From Octopus bimaculoides (Eukaryota): a stretch of 64,000 nucleotides of DNA. The notes below the pieces were generated by a model that worked only from the letters and a program-made list of their open reading frames with translations, was not told the DNA's origin and made no database searches. A program made the position numbers and the translations under genes. Of the stretch, positions 36,704-47,896 are shown piece after piece; within the stretch, counting starts at the first letter, position 1; each line of letters begins with the position of its first letter. Location: assembly GCF_001194135.2 (NCBI RefSeq), contig NC_069000.1, forward strand, positions 7,550,885 to 7,614,884. The letters are read 5' to 3'.

Positions 36704-37712
36704 ATGATGATGATGATATATATATATATATATACATATATATACACCTACCTGTACACACACACACACGTATGTATTGCTACTTTAATATATTTCCTCA
36801 TTTAACAATCTCTCTTTCTTGCTGTCATAGCTGTCTTTACACCCCGTAATATTAGTGTCCAGAACGCTGCATTACCCGGAGCAAGGGATATCAGTGTATA
36901 TTTCCACCAGAAGATAGAAGATCCACTCATGGACCACGACACCACACACCTGGCTGCTGTGTTTGGAGAGTTCCTAATGAGAGACATTGCCTATGTCCCC
37001 ACTATGCAAGGTATGTGGCGAGAAGATATTTCATTGCCCCCTTTCTTTTCACCATTACACCATCACACACACCCAACCAAACACCCCCACACGCACACAC
37101 GAACACATGCACACAAATACACATGTACATACATGCACATACATATACACATACACACATATACAAATATACGCAGACATGTACACACATTCATAGATTT
37201 ACACTCACTCATGTACATATGTATATGGATACCCAATCGCAGCTGTCCCACAAGTAGCACTGTTCTTACCGGCTGTATCCCACCTTACTTCAGTTGCAAT
37301 TAATTATATATCTGATGATGTAGTAACGATGTTAAAAGTCGTAACTGATTCATTTTCTATTTTCTATTTCAGCATCAAGTGGCAAGAGATATGACTGTTG
37401 TAAATTTGGATACATGTAAGTAAAATATACACTTACATACATACATGTAAAAATATACACATTACATTCACACATACATACATGAATGCATTCCTACACA
37501 CATGTGTATAATATGATTTATATTTCGATAGTATCAGTCTCTTGCTACTTTGAGTCTCACTTGTAGATGCACTATACACCTAGAAGTGAAACTCAGAGTA
37601 GCAAGAGACTGGCTTGACCAAAATAGAATCATCATCATCATCATCATTATTATTATATTTTAACATCTGTTTTCCATGATGGTGTTCCAACAGTTATCAC
37701 TAAATATGCATA

Positions 37713-37775
<63 letters not shown>

Positions 37776-39988
37776 TGTGTAATGGGTAAATTGTCGCAGT
37801 TTTGTATTATTAAATTTGTGCATGTGCATTGTTTGTTTTTGATTTTGCTAACTATACAGTATAGTAGGGTCAGTTGGGCACCATCATGTATATTTATGTA
37901 TAATCTTTTTTAGAAATGGCAAATCTTGAAACAAATAAAGCTATAAACAATAGCATGAAAATATTAGGTTGAAAAACCCTTTTAGACAGAGAAAGTTGAA
38001 GGCAGCCTATGGGACTTGAATCCACATCTCCTGTAAACACGACAGGCATTCTGCCATTGGACTTTTTCTATCCAAAGGGGTTTTAATGCAATAATTGCAG
38101 AGGATGTAACTGTATTGAATATATGAATTAGCTTCATAGTATTTTAGCAAACTCACTGTTTAATCTCGATATTTTTATTCCTCAGGTCAGGTCACATGTG
38201 CATGCCCATTCAAATGTGTAAAGTCGACCCCTTCTTTACACCCTACAATAGGAAGTGTTTGTCATTTGCTCGCTCAGCCACATCTCCTCCACTTAATTGC
38301 AAACTTGGTAAGTCTTGTTTTCCTACAAATCTGAAGATCTGTTTTATTCTGAAGTCAACAATTTTTGTAAAACTATAGAAGGATGTCCACATTAGCAAAG
38401 AAAATGTCCAGCTGGTGGTGGTCACCCTGTTGATGACACAAGTCGTTAATGATTAAGGCATACCTCAAATAATTGATAGATTCAGAAGTGAAGTTCAACA
38501 TCCCCAGTTTGATCTGGTAACTTGAGTTGAAGAAGGATGGTCAGTACTGAAGCATCTTTACGGGTCTGTAGGCCCTTTCAGACTGGTTAGAAAGGCAAAG
38601 TCGACCTCAGATGAAAAACCGCTAAGCATTTCGCCTGGCATGCTAACAATTCTGCCATCTCATTGCTCTTCTCCCAGATATAATGGCATCATAACATAAC
38701 TGTATTCTAGTTAATGATGTTGTCATGGTGTTGTAATAGTGTCGTGGGGGTGTTGTAGTGATATTGTAAGGGCTTGGCAGTGGCGTTTCACTACTATCAC
38801 ATTAACACCATCATGTTTTTCTCTTCAAGGTCCCCGAGAACAACTTAACCAAAACACTCACTACATCGATGTCTCACAAATCTATGGCTCAGATGAGGCA
38901 ACCACAAAATCACTGAGGACAATGGTTGCAGGTCAGTTGGTTTTTTTTATTTCTTCCTAATTTACTTCTAGCAGCAGTAGTAGTAGTAGTAGTGAAGGCA
39001 TGTGGCTTAGTGGTAAGGGTATTCAGCTCATGATCATAAGGTCATGGGTTCAATTCCCAGCAATGTGTTGTATCCTTAAGCGAGACACTTTATTTCATGT
39101 TGCTCCAGTCCATTCAGCTGGCAAAAATGAGTAGTACCTGTATTTCAAAGGGCCAGCGATATCACACTCTGTGTCACACTGAATCTCCCTGAGAACTACG
39201 TTAGGGGTACACGTGTCTGTGGAGTGTTCAGCCACTGGAATGTTAATTTCATGAGCAGACTGTTTCATTTACTGGATCAACTGGAACCTTTGCCTTTGTA
39301 ACTGACAAAGTGCCAGTAGGTAGTAGTAGTGGTTGTAGTAGTGGTACAACCACTACTGCTGCTATTACTGCTGTTGTTGTTGATGTAAATATTACAACTA
39401 TTGTTACCACATCCGTAAACACTATTACCATTACCAACACCACCACCACTAATACTATCACTTCCATCACTAACACCCTACCACAATCTCTAATATCCTA
39501 CACCACTAATACCCCCGCCACCACCACCACTAACACACTATCACCACCAATATACCACCACCACCACCACCATTCAAACAAGTCTCTCTCTAATCACCAG
39601 GTAAGATGAAGACCTCTGACATAGGTGATGGAATGATGCCTTTGGATCTGTTCAATGTTGCCAACTGTAAACTGAAGAATGTCAATGGGAATATCACTTA
39701 CTGTTTCACAGGAGGTAAGAACTTTTGTCTTTCTCTAATCATAAGGTCAGAGGTGAAAGGTTGAACATGTTTGAGAAGCATTAATTCAAATGAGACGCTC
39801 TATCCTTGAGTGCTGGGGTCTCCAACCATCAGGTTGTGGGCTAATATTGAGCAGCAGATTATTTGGTCCCAGGACACACAGAAAGAATAAATTTTAAAAT
39901 TTTACTTCTATTTTATTGCCTTCTGTTTTATTGCCTATGTTAATGTCTGTCTGTGTGTATGTGTTTATCTACATATATACATGAATAC

Positions 39989-40021
<33 letters not shown>

Positions 40022-42962
40022 TGCAGACACACATACATTTATATTATGTACCATTTGATTCTGCTTAACTCTTAATTAAATATGTCTCTCTTTCTCTTTT
40101 CTCATCCTTCATTAAGGCGATGATCGTCTGAATGAGAACCCATTGATCTTGTCTCTACATGCTGTATTCCTCCGTGAACACAACCGTATTGCCACACATC
40201 TGTCAAGCATGCACCCAACATGGGATGATGAGAAAATCTTCCAGGAGAGTCGTCGTATTGTTATTGCCGAGATGCAACACATCACATACAATGAGTACTT
40301 GCCATACATTTTAGGTCCACAGCTGATGGCCAAACATGATCTGAATGTCCAAAACAGTGGCTATACAAGCTATGATAGTCAAGTAAGCGCTGGTATATAT
40401 AATGTCTTCTCCGTAGCTGCTGGTCTATATTCCACTTCGATGATAAGATCAAACTTCACCATTGACACCTATCACAAATTGAGTTCTACATTCTTGCGTG
40501 CAGACATGTTCTACCGCAATGAGGATGTTGCTAGTAAAATCATTAAAGGAATGCTCACAGACTCCAGCCAAACAGTTGATCGGTAATTTGACTTAAAACA
40601 TACTCATCAATACCATCATATTTCATAATTGTTGTAGAGGCCACATTTTCTGCAGTTCCTTTTCCCACAAGTCATGCTTTCCACAAACTTCTTTCCCACA
40701 GACTCCTTTTCCACAGACTTCTTTCCCACAGACTCCTTTCCTACATTTTCCGCAGATTGTACATCCTACAATTTCTTTTATCATAGACCACATAGTTCTC
40801 TTCACCATTGGCCATAATTTCCACAGTATCTTTACTGCTGGCCACCTTTCCCACAACCTCACTGGCCACATTTTCCACTGACCCCTTTACCATAAGTCAC
40901 ACTTTCTACAGTTCGCTTTTGCCACAGCTTGGCCATAAATATCACACCTATCTGCACCAACAGAAACTCCATGTGGTTACTCAATTTACAAATCACAGTG
41001 AACATATCAGTTAATAACCCTTTTGTCTATTTTAGATATGTAACAGATGAATTGACCAACAAATACTTAGAAAGTTTTCCTGGAACAGGGATTGATCTCG
41101 CTGCTGATCACATCCAACGAGGACGGGACCATGGTATCATGTCGTACCCAATGTGGACCATCAAGACTGGGGAGCCACGTTGGTCAAATTTCAAATCTTT
41201 GACAAACCATTCGACAGACAATCAAGCCCGCCTTTCACAGATTTATAGGTGAGTTTCATCTTGATTCTTTCCACTGTAGTGGTGGCCTTGGAACAGCAGT
41301 AGCAAAAGGAGTAGTAATAGTAGAAGTAGTAGTACTAATGGTAGGGGTTGTAGAAGTGGTAGTGGTAGGGTAGTATATNNNNNNNNNNNNNNNNNNNNNN
41401 NNNNNNNNNNNNNNNNNNNNNNNNNNNNNNNNNNNNNNNNNNNNNNNNNNNNNNNNNNNNNNNNNNNNNNNNNNNNNNNNNNNNNNNNNNNNNNNNNNNN
41501 NNNNNTATATATATATATACAGGGGGTCCACAAGGTCCAGGTACATGGAGTAAATAAAATCATAACATAGACAATTAAATATAAGAAACAATAATTTCTT
41601 AAAGTATGTGTTAATCCCAATGTACCCAGACTTTGTGGACACCCTGTGTATATATATATATATATATCTGTATATGTATATACATATATCTATATGTACA
41701 CACATACACACACACATATATAATTTATATTTTTGTTTATTCAACAGGAATATCTATGACATTGATTTGTGGACTGCTGGAATTTCTGAGATTCCTGTCT
41801 TAGGTGGGAAAGTTGGTCCCACATTTGGCAACATCATTGCTAAGCAGTTCGAGGTTCTGAAAAATGGAGACCGATTTTGGTATGAAAACAACGACAAGGG
41901 AGCATTTAGCAGAGGTAATTTTTTAATTAATTTCTGTTTTTATAATCATTATCATAATCATCATCGTCATCATTATTGTCATCATCATTATCAACAATAT
42001 CATCATCATCATCATCACTGTTTTAACCTTTGGTGTACATGAAATTCAACATCATCCCAACCCATCACCTGGTGTCATCTCAATAAGGTTTTACACCTTA
42101 ACTGTGTGGCCAGGACAAGGACAAAACTGACCCAAGGGCAAAACAGCCACATGTTCACATGGTTTCAATTTCTATTTCCCCCTGTTGATATGTGAATATA
42201 TATTATTCTCTAAATGTTCCTGCATGATTGTATGCCATACTTTTTGTTGTCATTGCCACTGTGTATTATGTTAGTGATATCTCCCTGTGATGACAGTGTC
42301 TATGATATTCTGAGAGATCACTAATTCTATTTTTCAGTCCAACTCCAGGAAATCAGGAAAGTTTCACTCACGGAAATCTTATGTCGAAACACACGCATAA
42401 CAGAAATTCAGAAGAACAGTTTTGTTGCAGCAAGCGAAAGGTATGTTAGCAACATATTCATCACCATCACCATCAACATCACAATACACATTATTAGCAG
42501 TCTTCTTATCATTGGCAACATTATTATTATGCTGCTTCTGCTGCTGCTGCTGACGATGATAGTGGTGATGGTCATCATCGCTGTCGTCGTCGTCATCACC
42601 ACCATCATTGTTGTCATCATCGTCATCGTAATCATCATCATTTAACATCCTTTTTCCATACTGGCATGGGTTGGAAGGTTTGATAAGAAGAGATGAGGTT
42701 CTATGTCTGTATGATTTCTACAGCTGGACGCCTTTCCTGATGCCAACCACTTAACAGAGTGTACAAGGTGCTTTTCACATGCCACCAGCACTGGTGAGGT
42801 TGCCAAGAACCAGCAAGATAAGAGCCCTCGACTGAGCAGGGTACAGACAGGAGGAATAAGAAACTATGATAGAGGGAGAGCAGCAGGTGTCTTGCTGAAG
42901 AGGTGAATACATGGTTAGCCCACCTGGAAAGCTATATACATAAATATATGTATATGTATATA

Positions 42963-43001
<39 letters not shown>

Positions 43002-43162
43002 AATTAAATAATGAGGGTAGAAATTGATATTAATCAATTAAAACCAGTGGCTTAGCATATTTAAAAAATCCAATTTAAGGCGATTTGACATCTACCGTTA
43101 GCATATTAGGAGTCCACTTTGGTAGTCATTCATCTTAATTTTGTATGTAATATATATACCTA

Positions 43163-43201
<39 letters not shown>

Positions 43202-43760
43202 AGAGAAGTGGGGTAAGAAGATAAGGCAATAATATTTTCATTTACCTTGGTGTAAAGTTTAAATTTAACATTTATGCTTTTTGTCAACATCTCACATCTA
43301 TGTTTAGTGCTTACATTGTGTCTATATTTCACATCTATATTTCATGTCTATAACATGTCTAAAGTTCATACAAAGATAATTAGATAATTAATACCAAACT
43401 GTTTCTTTCTTATTTTTTTTTCTTTTTCATTTACACAGCAACCCATTGGTAAAATGTGGGACCCTGGCAAAAATAGATCTATGCAAATGGGGCCCCCCAA
43501 GTCACTGGCTTGCATGGGGCAGCTGGAGTTTGTGTTACCAAGGGACAAAACTTCGACGGCGCATCTGTCAGAACAACTCAAAGATTGTTTGTCCATGTCA
43601 AGGTTCTTCAATGGAAATCCGTCCATGTCAAAACCGGTATGTACCACCAGTACAGCAAAAACAACATCAACAACCAACACAACAGCCCACAGAAAGAGTT
43701 ATGCAACAAACCACCAAAGTATTCTTATCTCACCGGCCAGCACCTGTGATGGTAGCTTGA
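26592..43760 (+). CDS. Secreted animal heme peroxidase-fold protein (peroxidase-like, catalytic His residues absent) with C-terminal TSP1 repeat, 778 aa
   Basis: Exons 26592-26611, 33444-33607 (signal peptide [26 protein letters not shown]), 34610-34727, 35291-35493 ([17 protein letters not shown]), 36831-37010, 37373-37415, 38186-38307 (CLSFARS), 38830-38931 ([19 protein letters not shown]), 39601-39714, 40117-40582 ([45 protein letters not shown]), 41036-41248 (IQRGRDHG), 41748-41914 ([18 protein letters not shown]), 42338-42440, 43439-43760. Total 2337 nt, no stops, all phases consistent. Confidence 0.93.
27298..27500 (+). mobile_element. SINE family A
   Basis: AAGGTGGTGAGCTGGCAGAG...GGGTTCAAATTCCGCCGAGG...; flanked by (ATT)n. 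Confidence 0.75.
27959..28176 (+). mobile_element. SINE family A
   Basis: Homologous to the 18015 and 27298 copies. Confidence 0.7.
28549..29944 (+). repeat. Local direct duplication of ~300 bp (28549-28845 and 29641-29944)
   Basis: Both begin ACACTGCAAGTGAGAGGTGTAAACTGCTATTTTT and share GGAGTGGTGAGGTGAGGGGTTCATACATCACTTTCAGGGAAAATTCTTCTC. Confidence 0.9.
31660..32240. repeat. 18-bp minisatellite (ACCACCTCTACCACTGCC)n spanning a gap
   Basis: Direct inspection. Confidence 0.9.
32726..32941. mobile_element. piggyBac-type MITE, second family
   Basis: TTAA-CCCCTTTTGATACC...GGTAATTAAAGGG-TTAA; a related fragment lies at ~9860-9963. Confidence 0.65.
33806..33980. repeat. 25-bp minisatellite, 7 copies, derived from a SINE A segment
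   Basis: GATCC recurs at 33811, 33836, 33861, 33886, 33911, 33936 and 33961; followed by the SINE A 3' end. Confidence 0.9.
37535..37611. repeat. 77-nt hairpin (28-bp stem)
   Basis: CAGTCTCTTGCTACTTTGAGTCTCACTT / AAGTGAAACTCAGAGTAGCAAGAGACTG. Confidence 0.85.
38994..39314 (+). mobile_element. SINE family C
   Basis: As for the 9130 copy. Confidence 0.78.
40655..40765. repeat. Degenerate ~15-bp tandem repeat (TTTCCCACAGACTCC)n
   Basis: About 6 copies in peroxidase intron 10. Confidence 0.7.
41520..41646. mobile_element. Short Tc1-type MITE
   Basis: TA-CAGGGGGTCCACAAGGTCCAGGTACAT...ATGTACCCAGACTTTGTGGACACCCTG inverted termini. Confidence 0.7.
43499..43634 (+). other. Thrombospondin type-1 repeat (TSR) domain in the last exon of the peroxidase-like gene
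   Basis: Translation [43 protein letters not shown] contains WxxWxxWxxC, RxRxC and C-x-G...E...C. Domain boundaries approximate. Confidence 0.8.
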
Positions 43761-45778
43761 GCAACACTTTCATGGGTTTTCTCATCTCGAAAGATTGACT
43801 TTTTAAAATACATATTAAATCAAAGTTTTGTTTTAGCTGAAGGTGACCAAAGAAGGCAAGGCTATCAGCTGCCTCAGTATTGTGTAACCGACTGTTGGTT
43901 ATCAACACTCTTGGCCTTGCTGTCACAACAGAAGCTAGAGATAAAACGAAAATCTCTTTGTCATGAGACTAGAAATATGTTTAAATATATTTACAAGTAT
44001 CAAATCTAATTTAATTTAATGAATATTTATCTATTTTTGTGATTTAAAAAATTTTTTGCTTGTTCTGGTAAAATGATAGAGTAACTTCATTAATGTGGAA
44101 AATTAAAAAGAATTGAAAGACTATCAAGATGGCTACTCAGTTGACAATACTTATCACTTGCTGCTCTCAATGACTTCTCCATATTTGGGCAAAAAGATCT
44201 AAATCAAAAACTGTTTAGATGCTGTGAAGCCTAACTAGATTTCAAAATATTCCTGAACTGGAATTAGAATTGTTATTATTAAGAATGTCAGAGAAGTAAA
44301 TATCCCAGAACCAATTTTATGGTGACATGACAGTGACGACGATGACGACGATGATATTGATGGTGAGATAATGGAAAGGAAATGAATAGCATTGTATCTC
44401 TAAATGACTCTAAATGAATGTTAAATGAATGCTAAGTTGGTTAGATAATGTTAAGTTTGTAGATGAATGTTAGATGTCCATGTGATGAATATTAAAGATT
44501 AAAATGACATGAACACTACACATATAATGTATATATACATATGTGTGTATGTATGTGTGTGTGTGTAGATACCTCTGAAATAGATACATATTTCTTGACC
44601 TATTTTTAGGTTTGGAGACTTAAAATTGGTGGGTTACATGTAATAATTTTTCTGTAAAACCACAATAGAACATTAATAAACATAGCCTCATCTAAAGACA
44701 AAATGATTAAGAACAAATTTTGTAGACTAGTGGTAGGCTAGATGATTTAAGTTCTTATTTGTATAAAGTATTCTTTCATTAAGCTTTCAGAAAGTGCAGA
44801 ATACATTTATCTAAATTTAAGGTAATATCCAGAAAAAATAGTTAAACTGAAGATTGTATAAATTAACCATAGTCCTTAAGTATATTTCATTAAATAATTT
44901 TATGAGGTGTTTTTTTGTAAGATACCTAGTCCATGATCATTTATATTGTCCAGGACCGTAAGTCTGTCATCATTATGTAAACCTCTTTGTAAGGTAGGCG
45001 ATCTTTTATACAAAGAGTCTAAAATATAGATTCCAATAATTTTGCATAATTCAACCCCATTGTGAGATCCCATGCAAACACCAAACAATTTGTTTTCATT
45101 TTTTTAACCAATAGAAAAAATTTATGGTGAGCATAAAAAGACCAAAAACAGTCTCCATGATCTTAATATTAGATTCATTATATGATAGAATGCTGTTGGT
45201 GAAAGTAAATGCTTTGAGCAGAAGGGGTTTAGAGAATTTTACATTATCATATTTGGTGAATTTGAAGTGTTGCTTGACATTAATACTACACAGTCATTTC
45301 ATTATAAATGAAATATTATTCTATAATGAAAATTGTGGACCAATACTATGTATAGGGATACTAGAGATATTTACTTGTGATCTTTAAGTGTAATGTATGG
45401 TCTGCATAGATTTAAATATTTTACTATGATGAAGATAATGGCAATTTCTTTGTTTGGAAGGTTTATGAACTGAATGCGTTTGTGCCAGAGTCTTTGTAAA
45501 TGTTAGTCATGTTAGATAATAGCTTGTTATTTATATTTCTGTCAATGCCATAAAGAATTTCTTTGTCTTGTCCAATCATACATAGAGTGTGTCTAAAGAC
45601 TTTTGAAAACTGTCATGAATTTTCCTGAAGTTGATTATTTTTACCAATATGTAAAGTTTGTTTTAAATGGTTCCAGTTCCTTGTTTGTAAGATGTTTCTT
45701 TGTTCAAACTCCTAATTTATTATTTGTATGGATTCTCAGTATAACTTTGTCAAAACAATATGCTTCTTAACTGATTTG

Positions 45779-45784
45779 AATAAA
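45779..45784 (+). terminator. Candidate polyadenylation signal of the peroxidase-like gene
   Basis: AATAAA at the end of a ~2 kb AU-rich tract, nearly free of repeats, following the stop codon. Other AATAAA hexamers occur earlier, e.g. near 44675. Confidence 0.35.
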
Positions 45785-46145
45785 AAAAAAACTTTCTGAT
45801 TTCTAAATTAGATGTTTTAGGTAGTGTTTTTGTAAAGGAATGGAGATATTTTTGGTGGAAAAATTTAATACTTACTGTTCCATAACCGACTGCTTTTTCT
45901 CCATCTGCCTACAATACACACCACACCACACACACACACACACACACNNNNNNNNNNNNNNNNNNNNNNNNNNNNNNNNNNNNNNNNNNNNNNNNNNNNN
46001 NNNNNNNNNNNNNNNNNNNNNNNNNNNNNNNNNNNNNNNNNNNNNNNNNNNNNNNNNNNNNNNNNNNNNNNNNNNNNNNNNNNNNNNNNNNNNNNNNNNN
46101 NNNNNNNNNNNNNNNNNNNNNNNNNNNNNNNNNNNNNNNNNNNNN

Positions 46146-46203
<58 letters not shown>

Positions 46204-46539
46204 GACATAAGAATTTGTTTATATGTATTTATCTATATGTGTATGCGTGTTTGTCTATTTATCAGTTGTAACATTTCAATGGTTTCCATGAAAGAAAAGG
46301 ACCTGTTGTACATATTGTATCATCTAATAAACGCATTTTTATCAAAGTCAAACAGATGTTTTTCTCCAGTTTTTGTTGTTATTTTCTATGTAGCATGTTT
46401 GTTGTGTTTATAAGGAGGGTGGTTGTGGTCAGAGGAGGTGATCAGAGGAGGTGAAGAAGAGAGGAGTGAGATGAAAAGAAAGGAAGAAAGAGTGGTTCTA
46501 TTGCATTAAACAAGGGAATTTATTGTATCTGACTGTGGA

Positions 46540-47895
46540 TGCAAAGCCATGACAATATGGTCATGTCAGTTGATATCAGTGGAATCCTCATAAGGGCAAA
46601 TGGAGGATATATTAGTATAGCGATGTAATATTGCATCGAATGTTGAGCAATCGCTTGGAAAAAGTATGGCGAAGTGGAGGACGGAACTGACAGCATATGG
46701 AAGAAGTTTAGGGACAATAGAAATCAGAAGAGGCATCTTCCGAGAGGACTACCTGTTCCCACTGATCTTTGTACCACTAACACTGATTCTGAGGAAAGCA
46801 AAGGCTGGGTATGTATTCAAGAGCCCCCAACAAAAAGTCAACCACTTGTTATTCATGGACGACCTCAAACTTTATGGTAAAGATGAATCCCAAGTCAGTT
46901 CCCTCGCTGATACTGTGTATACTTACAGTGCTGAAATCAGAAAGGAGTTCAAACTGAAAAATGTGGTGTGTTAGTCTTGAAGAGAGGCAAAATCAAATAT
47001 ATGGACGGACTAGCGATACCATTGGGGGAGGTTATGAAGCAGATAGAAGAGACAGGCTGTAAGTACTTGGGGATATTGGAAATGGATAAATTGATGGAGA
47101 AAGAAATGACAGAAAAATTTAAGGTAGAGTACTTGCGCAGACTGAGACTGATCCTTAAGTCGAAATTAAACGGATAGAATAAGATTGAAGCTATCAACAC
47201 CTGGGCGGTTTCACTACTTAGATATGGAGTAGGGGTAATGGCATGGACAGTAGACGAACTAAGCAGCTTAGACAGAAAAACAAGGAAAAAAATGTCACAG
47301 AACTACTTTTATTGGAAGTAAGAAGGTCAGACTTGTGTAGGATGGAAGATTGCAAAGATAAAGCACTGTACAAAGACTTGAGAATGAATGAAACTGAAAA
47401 TAGGTGGATAAAGAAAAAAATGCATAGACAATTTCGTAGGGATGTTGAAGATAAGACAGACAAAGAAAAAAGATGGTTATAGATGACTAAACGTGATTTA
47501 AAACCGGAAACGGAGGCTCCCAATCTGTGCTGCCCAAGAGCAAGCATTAAGAACCAATTGCATCAGAAATTGATAAGTACAGAAGTTGTGGACAAAATGG
47601 CGAAACTGTATGGCATATTACCAGTCAATGTACGCCACTAACCCAGAAAGAATATAAGAGATGTCATCACAATATAGCAAGGATTGTCCATTGGACGCTT
47701 TGCAACAAGTATGGACTTGACAGAGCAAAAGAGTGGTACGAACATAAATCCGAAAGCATCATCGAAAATGATAATGCAAAGATCCTATGGGATTTTATGA
47801 TTCAGTGCGACCATGATATGGGGAATAGGAAACCAGACATAGTGTTAATTGAGAAAGAAAACAAACGATACTGGATCATAGATATAGCATGCCCA
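46540..47895 (+). mobile_element. Decayed Dong/R4-clade non-LTR retrotransposon (RT plus restriction-like endonuclease)
   Basis: IRRGIFREDYLFPLIF, NHLLFMDDLKLYGK, KYLGILE, NRKPDIVLIEK...IIDIACP; many stops and frameshifts. Confidence 0.82.
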
Positions 47896-47896
47896 G

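Noticed and set aside
26592-43760. Calling the peroxidase-like gene a pseudogene
   Set aside because: All 14 exons are open and in phase, with a TATA promoter and signal peptide; the losses are concentrated at heme-pocket residues.
43454-43798. Alternative open frames over the last peroxidase exon, one with a Thr-rich tail
   Set aside because: Splice phase and the TSR motif fix the 43439-43760 frame; the openness of the other frames is explained by the CAA-rich composition.
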